This document shows positions 11,019-19,909 of a DNA stretch of 64,000 nt, piece by piece (position 1 is the first letter of the stretch; each line of letters begins with the position of its first letter). Location: contig OZ025684.1 of the NCBI GenBank assembly GCA_964019335.1, positions 372,001 through 436,000 on the forward strand, given 5' to 3'. The notes beneath the pieces are model-generated. The model was given only the letters and a program-made list of their open reading frames with translations. It was not told the DNA's origin and did no database searches. This stretch comes from Diplonema japonicum (taxonomy: Eukaryota > Protista > Euglenozoa: Diplonemea). The position numbers were made by a program, and so were the translations under genes.

Positions 11019-13765
11019 CTAAGCAGTGGCATCATTAACATCTGATCTCCCAGGCTGCAAGGTGTTAGGGGTGATACGATACTTCTTATCAAACATACCA
11101 ACAATTCGTACTGGTCGGGACGGACTGGGCCGTTGTGCTTCTTCCACCAGATGTATCCCAGGACAGCCAGCACTGCTACACCTGCCAGGACACCGATTAC
11201 AATCCACACAACATGCCCACCACCACCACCACCACCGCCACCATGCGGCGGGAGGGGATCAACAACACACTCTGCCTTCCCTTCGGAGTCAACTTCACAA
11301 TGGTAGCCAACCTTGCACGTAACATTGGCACACGGGTCAGTGTTGTCCACACACTGAGGCTCGTTTGTCGTACTGTTCACCACACAGGTCTCACCAACAG
11401 GGCACGTTACGTTCAGACAGGTGTCAGGATCAGGCATGCAGTTAGCATCTGAACCGTTGCTCTCGCAGTGGTAGAAAGGAGGGCACGTCACATTGAAACA
11501 CACATCCACACACACTGGAGCGTTGTTGGATCCCACCTCGCACTTCTGCCCTTGAGGGCACGTCGTGTTCGCGCAAGGATCCGCATCAGGCAAACACGCA
11601 GGCTTGTCCTCACCATTGACCTCGCAGTGGAAATACGCCGGACAAGAATACCCATCACAAGGGTCGTGAACACACTTAGGGATATTCATAGGGCCTACCT
11701 GGCAAGCGTAGTGCGGGGGACAAACGAACTTCTCGCAAGGGTTCGCATCTGGATAGCACCCGGGAACGTTCTTATCACCAATCTCACAGTGGTAGAAAGG
11801 AGGGCAGCTCAAATCCACGCAGGGGTTCTTATCGGGAACACATTTGGGAGCGTTGTCGGTGGAGTTGACCTCGCAGTAGTAGTACTCCTGGCACTTTACA
11901 CCATCACAGGTGTCCGGATCAGGAAGACACTGAGGGACATTCATACCATCGACCTCGCAGTGGTAGTACTCAGGGCACACCTCGTTCATGCAAGGGTCGT
12001 GGTCCGCAACGCACTCAGTGGTGTTATCGTAATTGACCCTGCAGTGGTGGTAAGGGTTGCAGCTGACGTTTGTACACGGATCCTCGCCGAAGACGCATTC
12101 CGGATTGTTCGTTTCACTAACCTCACAGTAGAACTCAGGAGGGCACGACGTGTTCCAGCACGGGTCCGCATCGGGAAGACACTCCGGAGCGTTAGTAGTG
12201 GCATTCACCTCGCAGTGGTGGTACAGCGAGCAATGCACATGGGCACACGTGTTGCGGTCGGGAAGACACTCCGGGGAATTATCAGTCGAGTTCACCCCAC
12301 AGTGGTAGTAAGGAGGACAGGTCACGTTCCAGCAAGGGTCGGCATCAGGATGGCATTCAGGTACATTCTTGTCGTTTGCTTCACAATAGTAGTACTGAGG
12401 ACACGTCACATTCAAACACGAGTCATCAGGAAGACATTCGGGAGCGTTGCTAGTAACGTTCACCTCGCAGTGGAACCAGGCCTGGCACTCAACCTGGTAA
12501 CACGTGTCAGCATCAGGAGCACACTCAGGAACGTTGTCAGTGGAGTTCACCTTGCAGTGGTAGTAAGGAGGGCAGGTCACATTGGAACAGGGATCGCTGT
12601 CGGGGTAGCATTCAGGAGCATTATCTGTGGAATTAACCTCACAGTAGTAATAATCAGGACAGGTGATGTTCATGCAGGTGTCGGGATCAGGAAGACACAC
12701 AGGGACATTCTCGCTTTCGACCTCACAATGGAACCACTGCTGGCACGACACATTGTAACAGGGGTTCAAATCCGGAAAACATTCAGGATGGTTGTTAGTA
12801 GAGTTTGCCTCACAATAGTAGTAAGGAGGGCAGGTTACAGTGTCACAAGGGTGGGGATCGAAAACACACTCAGGAGTGTTGTTGAAGGGGCCTACCTCAC
12901 AGTGCAAGTACTCAGGGCACGTCACACCCAAGCAAGGATTGCTCACAGGTTCGCACTCCGGTGTGTTGTTCACAGGGGCTATTTCACAGAAGTAGTAAGG
13001 AGGGCAGGTCACATTGGAACAGGGATCAATGTCGGGGTAGCATTCAGGAGCATTATCTGTGGAATTGACCTCACAGTAGTAATAATCAGGACAGGTGATG
13101 TTCATGCAGGTGTCGGGATCAGGAAGACACACAGGGACATTCTCACTTTCGACCTCACAATGGAACCACTGCTGGCACGACACATTGTAACAGGGGTTCG
13201 CATCCGGAAAACATTCAGGATGGTTATTAGTGGAGTTTGCCTCACAATAGTAGTAAGGAGGGCAGGTTACAGTGTCACAAGGGTGGGGATCGAAAACACA
13301 TTCAGGAGTGTTGTTGAAGGGGCCTACCTCACAGTGCAAGTACTCAGGGCACGTCACACCCAAGCAAGGATTGCTCACAGGTTCGCACTCCGGTGTGTTG
13401 TTGTGGGTCACTTCACAGAAGTAGTAAATAGGACAGGTCACATTGGAACAGGGATCGCTGTCGGGGTAGCATTCAGGAGCATTATCTGTAATATTGACCT
13501 CACAGTGGAACCAAGCTGGACACTCAAGGTCTGCACAAGGGAAGGGGTCAGGTAAGCAAGCAGAAGTATTGCTTGCGTTCGAGCAAAAGTAGAAAGGGGG
13601 GCAAGTAACGTTTACACAAGGGTCAAGGTAGGACAAGCACTCAGGAAGGTTACTAGAGTCAACTTCACAGCTGTGGAACGGAGGGCATTGAAACCCATCG
13701 CATGCATCGTCACTATCACCTGCAGTGACCCCCCAGTGAAGGGCAGCGAACAACAGCAAATGCAT
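11019..13765 (-). CDS. Type I membrane protein with ~29 Cys-rich repeats (DPCxNVTCPxYYxCEV...PEC; FOLN-like). Predicted 44-nt intron at 11055-11098.
   Basis: Signal peptide MHLLLFAALHWGVTA and TM VVWIVIGVLAGVAVLAVLGYIWW. A GTATGT...CCTAAC...TTGCAG phase-0 intron joins YELL to PGRSDVNDATA*. Unspliced, the ORF would end at 10985. Confidence 0.85.
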
Positions 13766-13842
13766 TTTTTTTTTTCCTTCTTTTTTTTTTTTTCAGATAA
13801 TTACTGTGTATTTTTTTTTTTTTTTTATTTCACTCTTCAGAA

Positions 13843-14557
13843 ATTACTTCACGCACTGGGGGGCCCATTACTTCACGCTAAATCTCATTACTTCACGGTG
13901 AAATAATGGCCTGTTTTCCGTGAAGTAATAGGGGGTTTCCGGTAAATAATATGCCTCGGTAGGCCAATTATTGCCTCGGTTCGGTTCCCAGTGGGGCTAC
14001 TTTTTCCTCTCAGTTTGCTATTTCCCCCCAGGTTCAGCTCAATTGGCCAACTTTTGCCTCGGCTCAGTTCCAAGTTGGACTACTTTTTCCTCCCAATTTG
14101 CCCACTTTTGGCTAGGCCTTGTTCCCAGTTTCTGGGGGTAACTCTTCTGTGAGTAAGGGTAACTTAGTCAGCTTACCCAAGCTCCCCAAATGACTTCAAA
14201 ACACCGAAGCAGCAGAAAAAAAGGAGCCAGCGGCCGCGCCAGGTATGGGAAGGCCTGATTAGAGATGGTGACAGTGGCAATGCCAGCGACAGCGGCAGCT
14301 CTTAGTCAACAAAAGGAGGGAAAACAACTTGTATTGTAACCTTTGTAACCCCTCTCTTGTTGCACCCCTTGTCACCCTGTTGTGCCCCTCGTGGTGAAGT
14401 AATTTCAGAGTGTCGTGAAATAAAACCACTTACCTACCGCCAAGTAATGCTTTACCGACCTCTCGGTTCCGCATTTTACCATCTCGGGCCCTGCGGGCCC
14501 TCGACGGTAAAATGCGGAACCTCGAGGTAACGGTAAAGTCATTACTTGTTGGCAGTA
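13843..14557. repeat. Motif array (ATTACTTCACG x3 plus inverted copies) and ~120-bp imperfect palindrome; probable non-autonomous DNA element
   Basis: Motif at 13843, 13867, 13887; inverted at 13919 and 14394. Perfect 16-bp arms at 14465-14480 and 14506-14521, extended by CAAGTAATG/CATTACTTG. Confidence 0.6.
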
Positions 14558-14674
14558 AATAGCTATTTTTTTACTTGGTGCCGTTTAAGAGGAAAATATA
14601 AAAAAGAAAAAAGGATAAAAAGTGTTTAAGCGAAAGATGCAGTTTGGGGGAAAGAGCAAGAAAAAGCAAAGAAA

Positions 14675-14874
14675 NNNNNNNNNNNNNNNNNNNNNNNNNN
14701 NNNNNNNNNNNNNNNNNNNNNNNNNNNNNNNNNNNNNNNNNNNNNNNNNNNNNNNNNNNNNNNNNNNNNNNNNNNNNNNNNNNNNNNNNNNNNNNNNNNN
14801 NNNNNNNNNNNNNNNNNNNNNNNNNNNNNNNNNNNNNNNNNNNNNNNNNNNNNNNNNNNNNNNNNNNNNNNNNN
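14675..14874. other. Assembly gap (200 N)
   Basis: Run of n. Confidence 1.
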
Positions 14875-15096
14875 TTTTTTTTTTGACTGATTCCTTTGTG
14901 CATTTTTCGGAGTAGAATGTTGGTTCTTGGCAAGTCTAGGGTTGACCAGACGGGTTTTAGAGATTAAAAAAGAGAGAGATAAGAGGGCAAAGGTGAGAAA
15001 ACAAACGTGACGCGAAACATCTTCGATGTTCACAAACGAGAAGGCATTGCAGCCAGCCGTGTTGTTTCCCATTCTTTTTTGTGTCTTAAAAGAAAA

Positions 15097-15450
15097 TTCG
15101 ATCAGGTTTCAGTGTGCATGGGAGTGCTCACTGTTAGCTTCGGCTATCTTCCTTGGACCTTCACCAGCGGGATCAATAGGGACTGCCGAGGTCGTACGTA
15201 CTCCCACGTCAGAGGTGAAATTCTTAGATCAAGTAGAAATTCACACTAATCGGTCACCGTTCTGCGGTGTTGCTGGTGCGTGTGTCTTGGCCACGTCCAT
15301 TAACTTCTCGATAGCTCTTCCCAAACGGTTTGCCCTTTTGGTAATGTCTTTGTGTTTGTCCAGGACGTACACCCCACTCGTTGCCTCAAGGTCAATGACT
15401 AGTTCCATCCTAGTCACCGACCCCTGCGTGCCATTCGAAAAGGAGAGACA
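15097..15450 (-). mobile_element. Family C-like retroelement remnant with an rRNA insert in its 3' UTR
   Basis: SVTRMELVIDLEATSG...QNGDRLV* followed by the terminal stem-loop at 15097-15133. Confidence 0.7.
15134..15229 (+). pseudogene. ~95-bp 18S rRNA fragment (not a functional rRNA gene)
   Basis: GATCAATAGGGAC...CGTAC...GTCAGAGGTGAAATTCTTAGATC matches the conserved SSU region 3' of V4. The left boundary is approximate. Confidence 0.8.
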
Positions 15451-15524
15451 TTTAAGATTTTCATTTATAAAAAAAAAAAAAATATGAGTTAGAGGCCGGT
15501 GTTGGCGGCGCCCTGCACAAGAAC

Positions 15525-15800
15525 TGTCTACTTGATTACAGGGGGCGCGCCGCGGCCGAGTTGTAGCTTCTTCTGCGTTCCGCGTCGTGTCCTTAATGCG
15601 TGCGGTGTACAGCTCAACCCCAGCCGGGACGTCCCGGGTAACCAAGATTCTGCGCTCGTGCAGTTTGCTGCCTGTTCGTCACCCTGAGCATCTGCATTAT
15701 GTTCTTCCACTCGGGCGCTACCGGTGATGACCGACGAGGAGGTCAACAGCGAACAACACATCTGATGTTTTTCTTATATTTTCATGTTATCCCCACCACC
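15525..15800. repeat. Dispersed repeat E (~280 bp), second copy at 49345-49615
   Basis: Two highly similar copies share the right boundary GTTATCCCCACCACC-An. Confidence 0.85.
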
Positions 15801-15881
15801 AAAAAAAAACAAGAAACAAAAAAAGAAATGTGAAAACTGAAAAGCTCTCAAAAACGGACAAAAAGAAAAATAGAGCAGCTA

Positions 15882-18800
15882 TCAAACACCTACAATCGCC
15901 GTGAGCTCGGGAACGGACGCACGCGACCTGTAATCATACTTACAGGCAAGGGCGGCATTCAGCGGTTCACCTTGCAGCTTTCTCGCCATGGCCACTATAC
16001 ACTGCTTCGGCAAAACATTGAAGATAGGGACCAACGACCCCCACTTTAACGACCAAACCCCCAGGGATTTACGAGCGTGCGCGGAATGCACAGGAGTCTG
16101 GTTGTCAGAAATGATAGAGTTGCGAGCAGTATAGCCGCCCTCTCCTGCTGGGGCAGTAGAATTCTGCTGTTTAATACAAGCGAATATAAGTTTATAGATT
16201 ATTAAGTCATCCTGAACAGCATTGGTATCCATAGAGTGACAGATCAAAGCAGACACAAAATCGACTGGAATACCATTAAACCCGAATGAGATGACATGCC
16301 TTCGAAGAACTTGCATCGATGTAACCCACTCCTTCTTCGCCCCTTGGTCTACCTCAGTGTTGTCTGTTGAAAGCGACATGGCACTACCTGACTTACCACC
16401 GCTTTCAACATCGAGAACGTCCGCCACACGGTCGGCGTTTCGTAGCGGGCCGTACTCCCGTGCATCGAGAACGTCCGCCACACGGTCGGCGTTTCGTAGC
16501 GGGCCGTACTCCCGTGCGGTGAGCTCCTCTGGTAGGATTTGGTAGCATCCAATAGGACGTGATATCCCCTTGAACATGTACTCCCCTAAGTATCTTATAT
16601 CTAGTTCGTATGGTAAATCGTCCATGAATGTTTCCAGAGCTTGATAGGACTCTTCCGTTAGAACAAGCTGTCCTCCAGCGCCTGAATCAGACACTCTTGC
16701 GCATTCGTTCACCATACTGCCCTCATAGTCGTACCCTCCCTGTGGGGTTCGTTTCACGACGGGACGGCCGACATGCAAGCCGGCTCGGACACGTAAGCCT
16801 TTGAAACCTTTCTCAGTTAAGCAGGCCGGGTGGTGTTTGAGCCTTGCTGGCCACTCCGCCGTCAGGAGTTCCAACTGCAAGGAACATAAGAAAGATATCG
16901 CGTTGACCTGAGATTTGAAGGCGATCATGAATGCGTCGCCGATAGTCTTCACCTCGTACCCTTCGTACCTCTCAATGAGCTCCCTGAAGATTTTATGGTG
17001 GGTTGTTAATGCTACGTCCATCTCCTCCGGGAACTGCCCCCACAGAGAACTGCTCGACTGGATGTCCGTGAATACAATGCTAATGACACCTTCACGAGGC
17101 GCGTGTTTGTTCAGTTTCTTCAACACCCCTTTTTGCCGAACACGTAGTGCGACGATGATAACGGTCATCCCCGCAAGGATGACAAACACAACTGGCAGCA
17201 CCACAGGTAGCGGGTTGGCAGGGGGGGTGGATCCTGGTATCAACATGCACGGACCTTCCCCCGGGTCAGGATGGTAAAACCCTGCATAGCACGGCTCACA
17301 GTGTTCGTACGCCGCCACGTACCTTTGGTACAGGGTGCAGTTGTCCGCAGTCTTCGCGAGCATCAATGACGGCTTGCTTGCGTTGGCTTCCATTTCGATG
17401 ACCCCCACAAGAAAAGGGGTGTACGGGGAAAGAGCCTTTAAATGCACAGCTATGATGGACCACAAGTCAACACCGTTCACGTCCTTCTTTGTACCTTGCA
17501 CAGGGCGCATGTTGAAATTATCGCCACCAGTGCATATGAACTTTGACGTCACTACTGAGTATGACTGCATGCTGTCGATATCGACCCACTTCGTGTCTTT
17601 TCTTCCGCCTTCCCGTACTTGCATGGATATTACTCGCGAGCCGATCGCTCTTGAAGGGTCGAACGTGTACCGGAGCCCGGCTGTCTGCAGGAATTGTCCG
17701 GACACTGGAGCATTGCGATCGTAACCACCCTTAGCCGTCACGCTGGACAGACCGACCTCCAAAGTCCTCCACAGCCAGGCGGCGGTCATGTTTAAGTGGC
17801 ACAGGTTGTTCTTGAAAGGGAAGGAGTTCTCCATGGTGGAGCGTGTTACGTTCCCCACTTTCCATCCCTCGCGGAGGGAGCCGCCGTTCACCAGGGCTAT
17901 CTCTGCACCGCGCGCGTGCAGCATGGCGTCGGAGATAAGGGTGCCGAGGTGGCACTCTTCGTGTCTGCAGGAGTCATACCGGGTCCCGTTCTGGAACTTA
18001 ATGTGCCCGTGCGGCATGTCAGTCGTTGTTGAGCCCAGCACGACGTCCTGCCTTTCCACTTCGTCGATGAAATCCTGAAGAAATGTTTGATCCGCTGCAA
18101 AGTTGGAATCCCTGTATTCCGGAGGCATAGTGTCAGGTACCACGTTGGTGACACCGTGTATGGCGATTAGTTTGTTGTTCTCAAAGCGCAGCACCGCGCC
18201 GTTCATAGATGCAAAGGACGCACGTGTCTGAACGAACCACATCGACCCGTTGCGGAACGGCGCCACGGGCGGCGGCGTTTGCTCCGAAGTCACCCCGGCG
18301 GGGTACAACAACGCATCCACGCCTGTCAAGTGTATACTGTCCAGTTCCACTTGGCTGATGTCAGAGGCTGCCACAGCAATCACTGCAGACACATTGTACC
18401 CAAAGCGAATAACAGACACAAGATCGGTGACTGTAGGGTGCAGAGAGTATGTATTGAAGAAATACCCCTTAGGGTATATGACCACGACGCCGATACGCGT
18501 ACCGGGATATGGCTCGACAACACCAAACCTCTCAGCGAGCCCATGGAACAGCGATGTGTCGGGGTTGAGGTTGGACTCCACAAGCATGAGGTTTGTTTTG
18601 AGTGCGTAGACAACATCCTCTACGTATGACGACCAAGAGAAGAAGTAAGGGCTTCCTAGCTTGACAAGGTCGACCCCCGCCCTTTTCCACAGCTTGTCGT
18701 TTATCGCGAACTTCAAAGAGTGTCCTTGGATGAGCTTCGCTACCTGCGTGAAGTCTGCTATCGTCACCGCTCCATGGACACCTTCCCCAGCCCGGCGCAT

Positions 18801-18962
18801 TGCAGCACTGATGAACGGATAGCCACCTAAACATGATCCCTCGGAGGCGTTCCCACAGGGTGACATCCATTTAGGGTTGTAGGGTTGGATCGGCTGCTCG
18901 GTCATGACCAGCATGCGGATGTCGATGAACCCGAAGGACAAGAGCGACAGCACTGCCAACAT
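15882..18962 (-). CDS. Receptor-type adenylate cyclase with extracellular 5'-nucleotidase/apyrase-like domain
   Basis: Signal peptide MLAVLSLLSFG. 5'-nucleotidase C-domain motifs: CRHEECHLGTLISDAM, ALVNGGSLR, FPFKN, FLQTAGL, FICTGGDNF. One TM. Class III cyclase motifs: VFTDIQSSSSLW, EVKTIGDAFM, RVRAGLHVG, YDYEGSMVNECARV. Confidence 0.9.
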   Translation of the reverse strand: MLAVLSLLSFGFIDIRMLVMTEQPIQPYNPKWMSPCGNASEGSCLGGYPFISAAMRRAGEGVHGAVTIADFTQVAKLIQGHSLKFAINDKLWKRAGVDLVKLGSPYFFSWSSYVEDVVYALKTNLMLVESNLNPDTSLFHGLAERFGVVEPYPGTRIGVVVIYPKGYFFNTYSLHPTVTDLVSVIRFGYNVSAVIAVAASDISQVELDSIHLTGVDALLYPAGVTSEQTPPPVAPFRNGSMWFVQTRASFASMNGAVLRFENNKLIAIHGVTNVVPDTMPPEYRDSNFAADQTFLQDFIDEVERQDVVLGSTTTDMPHGHIKFQNGTRYDSCRHEECHLGTLISDAMLHARGAEIALVNGGSLREGWKVGNVTRSTMENSFPFKNNLCHLNMTAAWLWRTLEVGLSSVTAKGGYDRNAPVSGQFLQTAGLRYTFDPSRAIGSRVISMQVREGGRKDTKWVDIDSMQSYSVVTSKFICTGGDNFNMRPVQGTKKDVNGVDLWSIIAVHLKALSPYTPFLVGVIEMEANASKPSLMLAKTADNCTLYQRYVAAYEHCEPCYAGFYHPDPGEGPCMLIPGSTPPANPLPVVLPVVFVILAGMTVIIVALRVRQKGVLKKLNKHAPREGVISIVFTDIQSSSSLWGQFPEEMDVALTTHHKIFRELIERYEGYEVKTIGDAFMIAFKSQVNAISFLCSLQLELLTAEWPARLKHHPACLTEKGFKGLRVRAGLHVGRPVVKRTPQGGYDYEGSMVNECARVSDSGAGGQLVLTEESYQALETFMDDLPYELDIRYLGEYMFKGISRPIGCYQILPEELTAREYGPLRNADRVADVLDAREYGPLRNADRVADVLDVESGGKSGSAMSLSTDNTEVDQGAKKEWVTSMQVLRRHVISFGFNGIPVDFVSALICHSMDTNAVQDDLIIYKLIFACIKQQNSTAPAGEGGYTARNSIISDNQTPVHSAHARKSLGVWSLKWGSLVPIFNVLPKQCIVAMARKLQGEPLNAALACKYDYRSRASVPELTAIVGV

Positions 18963-19045
18963 GATCTTTGAAAACAAGAAAACCTACTGTATTTCTCACC
19001 CACCAGAGTACAAATTTAAAAAAGAAAAAGTGGGGGGGGGTACTA

Positions 19046-19792
19046 TTACACATTGCTTAGATGTTTAAAAATGGGTGATGTTCCCCGTGTTTTGGCATCG
19101 ACAGCTAACACATCGGCACCCGCGGATACGAGGCTTTTTGCTAAGGACACCATGAGATCGGGGTCGTCGTGCCTCGCTGCGAGGCAGTGCAGTGGCGTGT
19201 GGCCAAGATGGTTACTTGCGGATGGGTCTGCATCATGTGAAAGAAGACACTTTGCAAATGCGTAATCACCATCTTTTATTGCGGTGTGAAGTGGTGTTTC
19301 ATGTGTGTACACGGATCGTGTATTCACGTCAGCGCCGTGTGCCAAAAGACAAACAGCTAATTCAAGATCACCCCCACAGTAGTGCAGCATCGCCTCCCCC
19401 ATTTCTGACTTGTCGTTTATGATGCTGGGGTCCGCTTCGCAGAACAGCGTGAGCACTCCTTCGTAGTTCTGATGCTCCTTGCTTTCTTCTTCAAGGAGAT
19501 CTAGTAGCCCTTCGAGGTTCACGGTTACTCCCTTTTCTTTGATAGTCATTTCCGCTTTCAGCCTCTTGCCCATTCTCAGCTCCACTCTGTCCCCATCCTT
19601 GAAACAGTGGTCACTTACCAGCATTCCTTCTGGTAGTGTTTCTCCTTCGTGGAGGAGATCGTACCCGGCTGCTTCCTGCCCGATGCATGCTTGGCATGCC
19701 CTTTGAAGCACCTCCCTGATGCACTCCCCGCTTGCTGCAGTGATGCATGTAACAAACGATGGTTCCTTCTCCAACGAGGCGAAAAGGTCCAT
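19046..19792 (-). CDS. Ubiquitin-like N-domain + ankyrin repeat protein
   Basis: YDLLHEGETL...FKDGDRVELRM is Ubl-like; HGADVN..TPLHTA and GHTPLHCLA are ankyrin repeats. Confidence 0.8.
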   Translation of the reverse strand: MDLFASLEKEPSFVTCITAASGECIREVLQRACQACIGQEAAGYDLLHEGETLPEGMLVSDHCFKDGDRVELRMGKRLKAEMTIKEKGVTVNLEGLLDLLEEESKEHQNYEGVLTLFCEADPSIINDKSEMGEAMLHYCGGDLELAVCLLAHGADVNTRSVYTHETPLHTAIKDGDYAFAKCLLSHDADPSASNHLGHTPLHCLAARHDDPDLMVSLAKSLVSAGADVLAVDAKTRGTSPIFKHLSNV

Positions 19793-19909
19793 TACTTTCG
19801 AAGAGTTTTTTTTTTGTCATCACAAAAAAAAAAGACTTTTTAAAAAAGAAAATCTAAAATTTAAAAAAAAAAAAAAAAGAGGGGGGAAGCTGCCCGGTAG
19901 GACACCATT

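Noticed and set aside
11468-13555. 695-aa plus-strand ORF
   Set aside because: Antisense shadow of the Cys-repeat gene.
15134-15229. Functional rRNA gene
   Set aside because: Only ~95 bp; the expected downstream helix partner is absent.
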